From assembly GCA_034437815.1 (NCBI GenBank), contig DAOTTC010000019.1:1893-65892 (forward strand): a stretch of DNA of 64,000 bases, read 5' to 3'. The stretch comes from Chloroflexia bacterium. GTDB lineage: Bacteria > Chloroflexota > Chloroflexia > QHBQ01 > JADMIH01. The position numbers were made by a program, and so were the translations under genes. The notes under the pieces are model-generated. The model did no database searches. It was not told the DNA's origin and saw nothing but the letters and a program-made list of their open reading frames with translations. Positions within the stretch are counted from its first letter, which is position 1. The number at the start of each line of letters is the position of its first letter. Below are positions 1 through 10,177 of this stretch, piece after piece.

Positions 1-1427
1 CCAACGTGGTGGCTACCGAGGCGGGGGGCATCACCCAGCACATCGGCGCATATCAGGTCGAATTGCAGGGCAAGAAGATAACTTTCCTAGACACCCCCGG
101 CCATGAAGCGTTCACCGCCATGCGCGCGCGCGGTGCTCAAGTCACCGATATCGTAGTGCTAGTGGTGGCTGCCGATGACGGCGTCATGCCCCAGACCCTC
201 GAAGCGCTGTCCCATGCTAGAGCCGCCAACGTGCCTATTGTCGTGGCTATCAATAAGATTGATAAGCCCGAAGCCAACCCCGAGCGCGTGATGACCCAGT
301 TGTCCGAGCAGGGCCTCGTGCCCACGCAATGGGGTGGCGAAACCGAATTCATCAAGGTGTCGGCCCGCACCGGCGAGGGCATTCAAGACCTGTTAGAGAC
401 CATCCTGCTGGTGGCCGAGTTGCAGGAGCTGAAGGCCAACCCCGACAAGCCCGCTGTGGGCACCATCATCGAGGCAGAAATGGACCGCAACCGCGGCCCC
501 ATAGCCACCGTGCTTATCCAGAACGGCACCCTCAACCTGCGCGACTATGTGGTGGCGGGGGCAACATGGGGTCGTATCAGAGCCATGCAAGACGACAAGG
601 GCCGCAAACTACGCAAAGCCGAGCCTTCCACACCGGTGGAGGTTCTCGGCCTGACCGCCGTGCCACAGGCCGGGGACAGGCTGATAGTGGTGCCCGATGA
701 GCAAACCGCCAAGCGCATCGCCGAGCAGCGCGCCCGCCTGCGCCGCTTCGAAGAGAGTGCCCAAGGAATTAAGACCGTCAGCCTCGACGACCTGTTCGCT
801 CAGATTCAGGCCGGCAAGGTCAAGGAACTGCGAATCATCCTCAAGGCCGACGTGCAGGGTTCGCTGGAGGCCATCACTCAGACCCTCAACAAGCTGTCTA
901 CCGATCAGGTGCGCATCAACATCCTGCACCGCGCTACCGGCGGCATCACCGAGTCCGACGTGGCGCTGGCCTACGCATCAGGGGCCATCATCATCGGCTT
1001 CAACGTGCGCCCGGATGTGGCGGCCAAGCGTGCCGCCGAGAAGAACCACGTGGACATCCGGTTCTACGATATCATCTACAAGCTGGCCGAGGACATTGAA
1101 AAGGCCATGCAGGGCCTGCTCGAACCGACCTATCAGGAGGTCACCGAGGGCTATGCCGAAGTGCGTGCGGTGTTCCGCCTGCCCAAGAACGAACAGGCCG
1201 CTGGCCTGATGGTCACCGAGGGCAAGGCCAGCCGCACCGCGCAGGTGCGCGTATTGCGCGGTGGCGCGGTGATCTACGACGGCACCGTGGCCTCGCTCAA
1301 GCGCTTCAAGGACGACGTGCGCGAGGTGGCGCAGGGTTACGAGTGCGGCATCATGCTTGCCAATTTCAACGACTTTCAGGAGGGCGACGTCCTCGAGTTC
1401 TACCGCCGCGAGCAGGTCAAAGCCTAA
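1..1427 (+). CDS. infB: Translation initiation factor IF-2, C-terminal ~475 aa (5' end truncated by window edge)
   Basis: ORF open to the window edge. It has GTPase motifs ([13 protein letters not shown]) and IF-2 C-terminal domains, and is followed by rbfA as in the conserved infB-rbfA arrangement. Confidence 0.95.
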   Translation, partial: NVVATEAGGITQHIGAYQVELQGKKITFLDTPGHEAFTAMRARGAQVTDIVVLVVAADDGVMPQTLEALSHARAANVPIVVAINKIDKPEANPERVMTQLSEQGLVPTQWGGETEFIKVSARTGEGIQDLLETILLVAELQELKANPDKPAVGTIIEAEMDRNRGPIATVLIQNGTLNLRDYVVAGATWGRIRAMQDDKGRKLRKAEPSTPVEVLGLTAVPQAGDRLIVVPDEQTAKRIAEQRARLRRFEESAQGIKTVSLDDLFAQIQAGKVKELRIILKADVQGSLEAITQTLNKLSTDQVRINILHRATGGITESDVALAYASGAIIIGFNVRPDVAAKRAAEKNHVDIRFYDIIYKLAEDIEKAMQGLLEPTYQEVTEGYAEVRAVFRLPKNEQAAGLMVTEGKASRTAQVRVLRGGAVIYDGTVASLKRFKDDVREVAQGYECGIMLANFNDFQEGDVLEFYRREQVKA

Positions 1428-1434
1428 CCGCTAA

Positions 1435-1465
1435 CCGCTAACCCCTCAATAGGAGGGGTTAGCGG
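1435..1465 (+). terminator. Perfect 13-bp stem hairpin just after the infB stop (no clear U-tract)
   Basis: CCGCTAACCCCTC-aatag-GAGGGGTTAGCGG, 8 nt after TAA (1425-1427). It may be an attenuator or processing site between infB and rbfA. Confidence 0.4.
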
Positions 1466-1499
1466 TCAGGGGGTGAGGGTTATAGACAGCCGACCAACC

Positions 1500-1934
1500 A
1501 TGACTAGCAGACGCCAGATACAAGTTGCCGACGAGATACAGCGCATCATCTCCCACCTGCTGGAACGCGAGCTTAAGGACCCACGGTTTGGGTTCGCCAC
1601 CATCACCAAAGTGGAGGTTAGCTCGGACCTCAAGTATGCGCGCGTGTATGTGAGCGTTTATGGATCGCCCGAGGAGCAGAGGGATACCATGCGGGCCTTC
1701 GAGAGCAGCAAGGGCTTCATCCGGCGCGAGCTTGCCGGCCGCATGAACATGCGCTTCGTGCCCGAACTGCAATTCAAGCTCGACCCATCTATAGAGTACG
1801 GCGACCGCATCAGCCGCCTGCTTGAAGAATTGAAGCAGGAGGAGAGCCGCAAAATGCAGGCGCAGCAAACCGCCCCGGACGGGAGTGCAGACGAGGGCAC
1901 ACAGGATCCCCCGCAGGAGGGCCGGCCCGATTGA
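1500..1934 (+). CDS. rbfA: Ribosome-binding factor A
   Basis: RbfA-like sequence IQRIISHLLERELKDPRFGFATITKVEVSSDLKYARVYVSV. ATG 1500 is preferred over the upstream GTG 1473. It has an acidic, Pro-rich C-terminal tail. Confidence 0.9.
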   Translation: MTSRRQIQVADEIQRIISHLLERELKDPRFGFATITKVEVSSDLKYARVYVSVYGSPEEQRDTMRAFESSKGFIRRELAGRMNMRFVPELQFKLDPSIEYGDRISRLLEELKQEESRKMQAQQTAPDGSADEGTQDPPQEGRPD

Positions 1935-3028
1935 ACACCACCGCTACCGCCATACCATCCATAAGCGACCACGAACTTGACGAGCGGGTGCCCGCGTGGA
2001 CCCTGCCCGAATACTCGCGGATAGCCTCGTGGCTGGAGGGTGCGGAGCGGGTGTGGGTTCCATTGCACGTCTCGCCCGACGGCGACTGCATTGGCTCGGC
2101 GCTGGCCTTTGCACGGGCGTTGCGGGCGCGAGGCTACGATTGTGTGGTGGTGTCGTCCGACCCCATCCCAGCGATGTACACTCCCTTGTACGACCCCGCG
2201 GACATATATGTGGGCGACTCGCCCCCCGGACCGCCGGCCACGCACATCGCCTGCCTCGACATCAGCGACCCCACACGCACCGGTGGCTTCTACACCGCCA
2301 ACCGCCATGCTTTCGAAAGCAATGCGGGTGTGAAGGTGCTCAACCTAGACCATCACGCCACCAACACCCGTTTCGGCGACCTCAACCTGCTGGACATCAG
2401 CGCCGCGGCGTGCGCCGAGCAGGTGGCCATGGCCCTGAACGAACTGGGCTGGCCGATAGATACCGAAACCGCCAACTACCTGCTGTTGGGCATCGTCACC
2501 GACACACTGGGGTTCCGCACCCCGTCCACCACCTCGCGCACCCTGCGTATCGCCGCCGACCTGATAGACAGGGGCGGCGACCTGTACCGCATCGTAGACG
2601 TGGTGTTCCAGACTCGGCCCCTGTCTACCATACTTTTGTGGAGCAAAGTGCTGGGCAGTGTATCCATCGGCGCGAAAGGGCGCGTGATATACGTGCAGGT
2701 CACCCCTAAGATGCTGGCCGAGGCCGGGGCAAAAGAGGAGGAGCTTGAGGGCATCGTGAACTTCCTGTCCTCGGTGCGGGGCGATGTGAGGGTGGCCGCC
2801 GTGCTCAAAGAGCGCGAGGACGGCACCACCCGCGTATCGCTCAGGAGCCACCCCGGCACCGACGTGGCGGCTATCGCCAGACGGTTGGGGGGTGGAGGCC
2901 ACCCGCAGGCCGCCGGCTGTACCATCTCGGCCACCGGCCGCAGGGCCGTGCGCATATTCCTGAAGGCGTGCGAACAAGTGCTGGATGCCCAAGATGAAGG
3001 GCCGGCGATCGGCGATCGGCGGCTCTAA
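1931..3028 (+). CDS. DHH/DHHA1 family phosphoesterase (NrnA-like oligoribonuclease/pAp phosphatase)
   Basis: Motifs HVSPDGDCIGS, LDHH and GGGGHPQAAG. The TTG start overlaps the rbfA stop, so the start is uncertain. Confidence 0.85.
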   Translation: MNTTATAIPSISDHELDERVPAWTLPEYSRIASWLEGAERVWVPLHVSPDGDCIGSALAFARALRARGYDCVVVSSDPIPAMYTPLYDPADIYVGDSPPGPPATHIACLDISDPTRTGGFYTANRHAFESNAGVKVLNLDHHATNTRFGDLNLLDISAAACAEQVAMALNELGWPIDTETANYLLLGIVTDTLGFRTPSTTSRTLRIAADLIDRGGDLYRIVDVVFQTRPLSTILLWSKVLGSVSIGAKGRVIYVQVTPKMLAEAGAKEEELEGIVNFLSSVRGDVRVAAVLKEREDGTTRVSLRSHPGTDVAAIARRLGGGGHPQAAGCTISATGRRAVRIFLKACEQVLDAQDEGPAIGDRRL

Positions 3029-3122
3029 CCTCCTGATCTCGATCCCCGGCCCTATGAGCTTTTGCGTGCTCCCTAGCCCCGCGAGGGGCATGGAGCGACC
3101 TCATCTCATCTCATATCATCTC

Positions 3123-6100
3123 TCACCACAGCCAGATGTCATCAAACCATACGGTGCCGCGCGTGCTCAGGTCGGTCGGGCTGAAGCCCACCAACTTGAT
3201 GCGCACCTGCGAGACCCCCTGCGGTATGGTTATCTGGCCGAGCACCTGCTGAGCGCCGGTCGTACCGGTGATCTGAGTGGCTATGCCAGTGACGGTGCTC
3301 AGCACGTTGCCAAGGCTGTCCAGATAGACCACGCTCATAGCGGGTGACGACGACAGGTTGTGGGTCTGCACGGTCATAGCCAGATTGTAGGTCTCACCCG
3401 GGGTTACCTGAATGGGCGCCGAGGTCCACGCCGGGTTGAGCAGGTTGGCCGGGCCGCCATTGCCCGTGGCGCTCACCGAACGAGTGCCATGGCTTGCGCC
3501 GGTGCCGTTGGTGTTATAGGTGGTGTTCTGCGAGCCACCCCAGCCATCGGGGGAGGAGCTTCCCTGCTCGAACGAGCCATTCTGCACCTTGTTGCCCCGT
3601 ATGGTCACCGTGCGGCTGGCCTGATTGTTAGTCTCGTTGGACTCGGCCACGGTGTTGGCCGGGTCGGCTATAGCCACGATGGTGTGCTGGCCGTTCTGAC
3701 CCCTCGTGTTCCAAGGCGTGCTCACCTGCGCGGTGGCACCAGCGGCGATCGAGGCCACAGGGGAGCTGTCGGCGATGAGAGTTGTGCCGTCGAGGAAGCG
3801 CACCACCACGTTGCTGGCCGGGGCCGTGCCGTTGTTGGTTACGCTGGCGGTGATGGTGGCCTGACCGGGCCGGCTCTGTGACACCACGATGTTGCTGATG
3901 ATCAGGTCGGGTTGCTGGTTGCCGGTGCTCTGCGGGTGCACGTGGAAGTAGAACAACTGCCCGGCCTGAATCAGGCTTGGGTTGATGGTATTGGCCTCAG
4001 TCTGTGGGAAGCCACGAGCCGCGATGGATGCGTTGCGGGCCGCGTACTCAGCGTGCAGGTAGTCGCCGTTGCGGAACAGCTCCGAGGCCTGAGCACGCCA
4101 CTGGCACATGCGCTCGTAGTCGGCCTGCCACTCGGGTGATGGCGTGGTGCGGCCCTGCCGGACCTCTTCCACCAGCCGCTGTTTGAGGATGTCCTGAGCC
4201 AGCACCAGATACTCGGCGGTGCGACCGCGCTGCAAGTTGTCCTGATCCTCTACTTCATAAGGTCTGTACGACATGGCATAGGTGGTAGGGGCCGCCGCGA
4301 TGTCGTACATCCAACCCAAGCCTTGCCAGTAGCATTCCCATCTGCCGCGCCTGTCAGGGTTGGGGTCGTCTTGCGGGCACCGATCTACACCGTAGGAGCC
4401 ATCATGTGGGTGAGACAGGCCCAGATTGTGGGCGGCTTCGTGCTCTATGGTGTAGCTGAACCCTGTGCCGGAGTCCTGAGTAGGCAGGGACTGGTTAGTC
4501 ATCGAGCGCTTGGAGCCGGGCGGGTCGCCGGGCTGCACCATCGGGTAGTGCGAGCCGGACCACTTGAAGCGGTCGTTTACGTTCTGCATCACGCCCCACG
4601 CTTCGCCGTTCTTGTCCTCGACGGCGATGCCCCCTACGATGGCGGGCAGCGCCCATGTCAGCGCCTTCTCGAACACCACGTTTATCGCCGGTATAGTGTT
4701 GATGATGGGATAGCCGGTGGTGTGCGTGATGACGTCGGCGATGCCCGGGCGGTTGGCGTCAATGTAGTCGCGCATCACGATGTGGTTCACCGAGCCGTCG
4801 TAGGTGCCCGCGCCTATGCCCATGGCCTTGGCCTTCTCGAAGGCGTTGGACAATTGGGTGAGGTTGACCTGAGTCTGGCCATAGGTCACTATCACATCGT
4901 TGCCGTCACCGGGGTAGAGAGGCTCGCGCACCAGCCGGATGCCCGTGGTGCCCTGTTGCACGTGGTACTTGGGCGCGGGCAGGTCCTCGTATTTGGGAGA
5001 CACGTCTAGCACGCGGCCCGTCGGCTGGTTGTTGGTGGGGTCGTAGATCGGGATTATCTCGCCTTTGCGGCCTACCCAGCGCGTGTAAGGCAGGGCCGAG
5101 GACAGCCACCTCAGCACATCCTCGTTGTTCGCACCCACGTGGTTGATCTTGTACAGCAAGTCGGTGTTGGTCCACCAGATGCCGTACCACGGCGCGTTGG
5201 TGAGCTGGCCGTTGACCCACTGTGGGCGCGAGTAGAAGTCGGTCCACGTAGAGGTAGCCAGCCAGTTCACGTCGCCACGGGGGATGGGCCTGTACAGGTA
5301 GCCGGCGGTGGAGCGGAAGAACAGCCCGTAGGCCACGTCGCGACCCAGTCTGGGCATCATGCGGCAGGGGGTACCGCCCGTGTAGTTGAGCACCTGTGGG
5401 TCGGCGGTGCACTCCTCGGTGGTCTGCATCCAGCGGGGGTCGGCTTTGTAGTGCCAGATGGGCGGGTCGCCATGGGGGTAATCTGACGACATCTGCCGCT
5501 CCGCCCTCAACCACGATATGGACTCGTAGTTGTTGGGCGCGGCCCCCAGATCTATGAAGTGGAAGCGGTAGCGCCCACCCCACGTGCGGGCGAAGTCCAC
5601 CCCGTCCCAGTCGTTGGTGTCAGGGTCGGTGATGCGCCACGAGCCACCTCGCTCCACCGGTGCCTGAATAATCTGGCCGTTGATCACCCTATCGGTGGTC
5701 CACGTATGGTACGCGTTGGGGCGGAAGTACTCGCTGGCGTAGGTGGGCATGAACGTGTCCAAGAAGAAGAAGGACGAGCCGCGGTTCAAGCCCTGCGGCA
5801 TGCGGTCCAAGTTCAACCCGTACCTATCGTAGAACGGGTCGTAATAGGCTGTGGGGTCGGGTTGGATGATAGAAGGGTTGAGGCACTGATTGGTCTCTAG
5901 ATCGCGGAACGCGCAGTTCCAGCGCGAGTCGTAGCGCGTATTGAATATCCAATCTTCTACCGCGTAGGCGTCAATCATGTCGGTCTTGGTGGGGTCAGTC
6001 ACCCGGTAAGACACATCGCCATTCTTGGCCGCCACGCGAAAGTGCCCGTACAGTGCATCATAGCGGGCCTGATCCTGCACGCGGGAAGACACCTTGTAGG

Positions 6101-6974
6101 TCTGGTCGCGGGCGGTGTAGTCCTCGGCCACCTGAAACAGCGCGCGGGCGTAATCATCGCTGGCCTGTATGACCCGCACCCGGTAGTTGTACTTTATGCC
6201 CAAGAAATAGGGTTGGCTGGTTATCAGGTGGTTCTTATTCCAGTTGAGCAGGCCTGCGCCTATGTTGTGGATTTCATCGCCGCCGGGAGACTGAGCCGCC
6301 ACCGTGGGCTTGTACTGCTCAGGTATCCAGCGCTTCAACTCGGCCACTTCTTCCGGGGTTGGGTGGTAGCCCACGAAGATCACATTGACCGGGTAATCCA
6401 CCGTGAGCAAGTCCATGATGGTCTGACGGGTCTCCGGGAAGCGCATGGCTTCGGGGATGGCGGTGGAACTGAGGGTCACCGCGCCCTGATAGCTGGCGTT
6501 AGCAGTGAGGAAGGCCACTATCTTCACGATGTAGGTGCCGGGCGCCAGTTCGCCCAGATCGGCACGCTCAGGGTTGTTGGCGGTAGCCGCATCTTTGACT
6601 AGCTGGCCTTCGCTGTCGTATATGTACATGTCGAAGTCGTCGGCATTGTTGGCCCAGCCGATCTGCACGGTGATATTACCCTCGTGGCCTTCCCAGTAGT
6701 TGGAAGGGGCATTCCACACGAATGTATAGTTATCGCAGGTTAGATCTCCGGGGTCACACAAAGGTGTGCCGACGAACGGCGAGGGGTTGGCCGCCGTGTA
6801 TGGCCCGCCGGTCCACGTCAGTGTGGATGTGCCGTTGCCACCGGGCGGTGGGTTGAGCGTGCCCGAGCCGGGGTTGGCGGCATGAGTAGTCACGGGCTGC
6901 GCTACAGGTGAGGCCAGACCCAGCACCATCAAAATGGTCACTATGGTGCTGGTAACACGCATCGCTTGTTTCAC
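3123..6974 (-). CDS. Large secreted multidomain zinc metalloprotease (metzincin-type) with PPC-like, CARDB-like and CBM4/9-like domains
   Basis: HEAAHNLGLSHPHDG (HExxHxxGxxH, nt 4401-4442) and a Met-turn-like YAMSY. The signal peptide is MRVTSTIVTILMVLGLASPVAQP. The GGAGG RBS fits GTG 6974 or ATG 6962 rather than the ORF-track start 7196. A CARDB-like segment lies at ~3597-3908, and a C-terminal carbohydrate-binding-like domain ends in WFDDIWLW. Confidence 0.85.
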   Translation of the reverse strand: MKQAMRVTSTIVTILMVLGLASPVAQPVTTHAANPGSGTLNPPPGGNGTSTLTWTGGPYTAANPSPFVGTPLCDPGDLTCDNYTFVWNAPSNYWEGHEGNITVQIGWANNADDFDMYIYDSEGQLVKDAATANNPERADLGELAPGTYIVKIVAFLTANASYQGAVTLSSTAIPEAMRFPETRQTIMDLLTVDYPVNVIFVGYHPTPEEVAELKRWIPEQYKPTVAAQSPGGDEIHNIGAGLLNWNKNHLITSQPYFLGIKYNYRVRVIQASDDYARALFQVAEDYTARDQTYKVSSRVQDQARYDALYGHFRVAAKNGDVSYRVTDPTKTDMIDAYAVEDWIFNTRYDSRWNCAFRDLETNQCLNPSIIQPDPTAYYDPFYDRYGLNLDRMPQGLNRGSSFFFLDTFMPTYASEYFRPNAYHTWTTDRVINGQIIQAPVERGGSWRITDPDTNDWDGVDFARTWGGRYRFHFIDLGAAPNNYESISWLRAERQMSSDYPHGDPPIWHYKADPRWMQTTEECTADPQVLNYTGGTPCRMMPRLGRDVAYGLFFRSTAGYLYRPIPRGDVNWLATSTWTDFYSRPQWVNGQLTNAPWYGIWWTNTDLLYKINHVGANNEDVLRWLSSALPYTRWVGRKGEIIPIYDPTNNQPTGRVLDVSPKYEDLPAPKYHVQQGTTGIRLVREPLYPGDGNDVIVTYGQTQVNLTQLSNAFEKAKAMGIGAGTYDGSVNHIVMRDYIDANRPGIADVITHTTGYPIINTIPAINVVFEKALTWALPAIVGGIAVEDKNGEAWGVMQNVNDRFKWSGSHYPMVQPGDPPGSKRSMTNQSLPTQDSGTGFSYTIEHEAAHNLGLSHPHDGSYGVDRCPQDDPNPDRRGRWECYWQGLGWMYDIAAAPTTYAMSYRPYEVEDQDNLQRGRTAEYLVLAQDILKQRLVEEVRQGRTTPSPEWQADYERMCQWRAQASELFRNGDYLHAEYAARNASIAARGFPQTEANTINPSLIQAGQLFYFHVHPQSTGNQQPDLIISNIVVSQSRPGQATITASVTNNGTAPASNVVVRFLDGTTLIADSSPVASIAAGATAQVSTPWNTRGQNGQHTIVAIADPANTVAESNETNNQASRTVTIRGNKVQNGSFEQGSSSPDGWGGSQNTTYNTNGTGASHGTRSVSATGNGGPANLLNPAWTSAPIQVTPGETYNLAMTVQTHNLSSSPAMSVVYLDSLGNVLSTVTGIATQITGTTGAQQVLGQITIPQGVSQVRIKLVGFSPTDLSTRGTVWFDDIWLW

Positions 6975-7034
6975 TGTCACCCTCCTCGATAGTTTGTTGT
7001 GTTTAGTTTGCGGTTTTGTCTGTAAGATCAGTTC

Positions 7035-7070
7035 CATAAATAATCGGGGCCAAGTTCTGCCAACATAAAG
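7035..7070 (-). repeat. Diverged copy of the dispersed GGGGCTTGGCCCC-type repeat
   Basis: ccataaataatcggggccaagttctgccaacataaagg resembles the reverse complement of the 18245/18318 repeat and the 48405 copy. Confidence 0.4.
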
Positions 7071-7203
7071 GCGAAGTAACGGGGGCACCCTGCGCCCCAA
7101 CAGCATCTCAGGGCTCTCTAAGGAAAAATAGTAGCAAGTTGCGCTCAATAATAGGTAGAGAGAGAAGTAACAATGGAGCAGTGAGCAAAGTGACAAGTTG
7201 ATA

Positions 7204-7255
7204 TGACTTAAGTCACATCGACTGATGACTTTGGTGGCATGCTTTTTGGTATAAT
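7204..7255 (+). promoter_or_regulatory. 12-bp palindrome TGACTTAAGTCA plus extended -10 TGGTATAAT; putative promoter of the response-regulator gene
   Basis: TGACTTAAGTCA at 7204-7215 is a perfect palindrome. TGGTATAAT at 7247-7255 matches TGnTATAAT. The -35 is weak. Confidence 0.4.
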
Positions 7256-7331
7256 TGCGGTGCGACCTCCGCAGGCGATGGCCCGCGGTTTACAATCTGC
7301 CCTTAAGGGCGATATGGCGTGGCGCAGCGTG

Positions 7332-7373
7332 CTGTACATTGTACAGGGCATGACAGTACATATACGTACATAT
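7332..7373. promoter_or_regulatory. GTAC-rich operator-like cluster in the leader of the response-regulator gene
   Basis: CTGTACA-t-TGTACAG is a perfect 7-1-7 palindrome (7332-7346). GTACATAT is directly repeated with a 10-nt period (7356-7363, 7366-7373). Confidence 0.35.
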
Positions 7374-7400
7374 TAGATAAGAGGACATAAGACGCAGCAC

Positions 7401-8033
7401 ATGATAAAAGTACTGATTTGCGAAGACCAGACTCTGGTACGCGAAGGGCTGGCTACCTTGTTGAGCCTTGAGCCGGGCATCTCGGTGGTTGGCGAAGCCG
7501 GGGAGGGACACGAGGCGGTGGAGAAGGCGGAGGCGCTCAAGGCCGACATAGTGCTCATGGACGTGCAGATGCCCGGTATAGACGGGGTAGAAGCCACGCG
7601 GCAGATAGTTGCGCGGTGCCCCGATACCAGAGTCATCATCCTCACTACCTACGACTACGACCACTACGTGCTTGAAGGGGTGAAAGCCGGAGCCATGGGC
7701 TATGTGCTCAAAGACATGGCTTCCGAGGACTTGGTGCGCATCATCAGGCGGGTGCATCGCGGCGAGCGGTTCATACAGCCGGCGGTAGCCAACAAAATCT
7801 TGTTCGAGTTGGCTCAGGCTCGGCAGCACAACACGGACCGGCAGTTGCTCAGCGACCGGGAGATAGCCATTATCAGCCGTCTGGCGCAGGGCATGAGCAA
7901 CCGCGAAGTGGCAGCAGACCTCACCCTCGCCGAGGGCACGGTGAAAAACTATGTTTCGAGCATACTCACCAAACTTCAGGCCGACAATCGCGTGCAGGCC
8001 ATCAACCGAGCAAAGCAGTATAAGCTGATCTGA
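7401..8033 (+). CDS. NarL/FixJ (LuxR-HTH) family response regulator, with no adjacent histidine kinase
   Basis: The receiver domain begins MIKVLICEDQ and contains LMDVQMPGIDG. The C-terminal LuxR-type HTH reads LSDREIAIISRLAQGMSNREVAADLTLAEGTVKNYVSSILTKL. Confidence 0.92.
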   Translation: MIKVLICEDQTLVREGLATLLSLEPGISVVGEAGEGHEAVEKAEALKADIVLMDVQMPGIDGVEATRQIVARCPDTRVIILTTYDYDHYVLEGVKAGAMGYVLKDMASEDLVRIIRRVHRGERFIQPAVANKILFELAQARQHNTDRQLLSDREIAIISRLAQGMSNREVAADLTLAEGTVKNYVSSILTKLQADNRVQAINRAKQYKLI

Positions 8034-8073
8034 TACCAGTTGTGTTATAGAGAGTTGTAAAACACGTGTAGGG

Positions 8074-8112
8074 GTGTACAGGGTGCGGGCGGGACGCTCG
8101 CACCCTGTACAC
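8074..8112. terminator. Perfect 14-bp stem hairpin between convergent genes (bidirectional terminator candidate)
   Basis: GTGTACAGGGTGCG-N11-CGCACCCTGTACAC lies between the response-regulator stop (8033) and the pncB stop (8237). Confidence 0.55.
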
Positions 8113-8236
8113 TAGCACTAATTGGGATGGAGAGGATTGGGGGACCCCCGCACCCAAAACCCAAAGGGTATCCGCTGGCAGGGGGCTCAGATCAGGCCCC
8201 TGTGGAGGGTTGGGTGGTTGCAAATGGTCATTGTGC

Positions 8237-9784
8237 CTATTCGCCGAGCACCGAGCGTATCAATTGCTGTTTCATGTCCCACAGCCGCTGTGTGAGCGAT
8301 ACGTGGTAGATGTGGGGGTTGATCAGTCTGCGGACGCCCGGGTCCAACCTCTCCACATCTGCCACGCGCCGGGCGCGCATATCCTCTATGGTAGGCAGGT
8401 CGTATACCAGCCTGCCTTCCTTCAGCACGTCTACCAGCAGAGGCTCTATGTCCGATATATCGCGGCGGTGGAGCGAGCGGTGTTTAGTGTAGTCGGAGGG
8501 GTGCCGTAGCGCTATGCGTTCCATCTGTCGTGGGTCTTCGTCTTCGAGGCTCAACAGGTCAGCAGTAGCCTTACCCCGCGTGTCATACAGCCGCCACACG
8601 CGCTTGTGGCCGGGGTTGGGCGTTTTGTCCGGGGACTCCGAGATCTTAATGGCGGGCATCCAACGGCCATCAGTGTGCACAGCCACCAGCTTATACACAC
8701 CGCCCAGCGCCGGAGCGCCATGCGAGGTGATCAACCTCGTCCCAACGCCGTACACCAACCGCTTCATCAACCGGTCCGGGTCCACCCCATAACGCCCGGC
8801 TTCCTCTGTGATCTGGGTGATGATCTGCCAGATCACCATCTCGTCCAGATCGCTGGACAGCACGATCGACACGTCAGGGAATCCCGCCTCGTCCAGCATT
8901 CTGGCGGCCTGAATGCTGAGGTACGCAAGGTCGCCGGAGTCCAGCCGGATGCCCACGGGTTTATGCCCTTTGCGGCGCAACTCCTCGAACACCTTGATGG
9001 CGTTAGGAATACCGCTCTCCAATGTATCAACTGTGTCCACCAGCAACACGCAATCATCTGGATAAGCCTCAGCATATGCTCGAAACGCACCCAACTCACC
9101 CATACCGAGCGTCATGAACAGCTGCACCATGCTGTGGGCGTGCGTACCCTTCGGGGGATAGCCGAGCACGTGGGATGTGCCCGCGTTAGAGCTAAAATCG
9201 GCCCCACCTATGAGGGCGGCGCGGGTGCCCGCGTTGGCCCCTTTGTCCTGCCCACGTCGCAACCCAAATTCCAGAAACACCCCTCCCTTGCCCACATCGC
9301 GAATCAGCGCGGCTTTGGTGGCGACCAGAATCTGGTAGTTGAGCCGGTTGAGCAGCGCCGTCTCCAGAAGCTGAGCCATGGCCAGTGGCCCCTGTACCAC
9401 CGTGAGCGGCACCTGCGGGTGGACCACGCGCCCCTCCGGTATGGCCTGCATCGAGATCGCGTCGAAGTTGCCGTTGTGGCGCAACCAGCGCAGGAAATCT
9501 TCGGCGAAGATGGGCGTGCCTGCTCGACCGCGCTGACCGCGCAAGTACTCTATATCCTCATCACGACATCGGGCCTGACGCATCCAATCTAGCAACCATT
9601 CAAGGCCGGCGTTCACACAGTAGCCTGCTTGATGAGTGCCATAGTCGGGGCACCTGCGAAAGAAGTGATCGAACTGCACCATCTGCTCGTGCAGGCCCAT
9701 GCGGTAATATACCTGCGCCATGGTGAGTTGGTATTGATCGGTGTACAAGATACCTTCGGCAATGCTCTGTTGCTCTGGCCTCAT
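8237..9784 (-). CDS. pncB: Nicotinate phosphoribosyltransferase
   Basis: NAPRTase-family sequence ([22 protein letters not shown]). ATG 9784 follows a GAGGTG RBS, and the longer ORF-track start 9940 was rejected. Confidence 0.9.
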   Translation of the reverse strand: MRPEQQSIAEGILYTDQYQLTMAQVYYRMGLHEQMVQFDHFFRRCPDYGTHQAGYCVNAGLEWLLDWMRQARCRDEDIEYLRGQRGRAGTPIFAEDFLRWLRHNGNFDAISMQAIPEGRVVHPQVPLTVVQGPLAMAQLLETALLNRLNYQILVATKAALIRDVGKGGVFLEFGLRRGQDKGANAGTRAALIGGADFSSNAGTSHVLGYPPKGTHAHSMVQLFMTLGMGELGAFRAYAEAYPDDCVLLVDTVDTLESGIPNAIKVFEELRRKGHKPVGIRLDSGDLAYLSIQAARMLDEAGFPDVSIVLSSDLDEMVIWQIITQITEEAGRYGVDPDRLMKRLVYGVGTRLITSHGAPALGGVYKLVAVHTDGRWMPAIKISESPDKTPNPGHKRVWRLYDTRGKATADLLSLEDEDPRQMERIALRHPSDYTKHRSLHRRDISDIEPLLVDVLKEGRLVYDLPTIEDMRARRVADVERLDPGVRRLINPHIYHVSLTQRLWDMKQQLIRSVLGE

Positions 9785-9963
9785 AATTGGGTCCACCTCT
9801 GTCCGATGTGCTATTGGGGGCGGATAATGCATTCGATGCCCATGATAATTATACACCGCCCGTACTGGGGCATTGGTGTGGGGCGGTGATTCCACCAAGC
9901 ATGTGGCAAGGCTCCCGCCAATTGAGGAGCCGGGGGACATTTATACCCCCGGAGGTTGCGGAG

Positions 9964-9987
9964 TAGTACGTGTTAGTACTTTAGTAC
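9964..9987. promoter_or_regulatory. Triple TAGTAC box (copy 1)
   Basis: TAGTACgtgtTAGTACttTAGTAC is nearly identical to the element at 10152-10177. Confidence 0.4.
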
Positions 9988-10108
9988 CGGCGCACAATTT
10001 GGTTGCGGGCCGGCGCGCAATTGGCTACTACCCCCTCGCTGGCCGCCACTTTGCTACGTAATTCTGCTTAAGTTGGTACTAATTCTGGCCCAATCTTTTG
10101 CAAAAGTA

Positions 10109-10137
10109 TTGACAACTTACATCTTATCTGATATACT
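10109..10137 (+). promoter_or_regulatory. Near-consensus sigma70-type promoter (TTGACA-17 nt-TATACT)
   Basis: TTGACA at 10109-10114, an exact 17-nt spacer, and TATACT at 10132-10137, in an A/T-richer intergenic region upstream of the small peptide ORF. Confidence 0.7.
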
Positions 10138-10151
10138 CTGGGCGTGCCCAC

Positions 10152-10177
10152 CAGTACCGTGTTAGTACTTGAGTACT
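10152..10177. promoter_or_regulatory. Triple AGTAC box (copy 2), immediately downstream of the -10
   Basis: cAGTACcgtgtTAGTACttgAGTACT contains two AGTACT palindromes. Its position is consistent with an operator overlapping the transcription start. Confidence 0.4.

Noticed and set aside
6975-7196. N-terminal 75-aa extension of the metalloprotease ORF (start at 7196)
   Set aside because: The extension is A/T-rich with atypical codons (Leu/Tyr/Cys-rich). The signal peptide begins at ~6962-6974, immediately after a GGAGG RBS.
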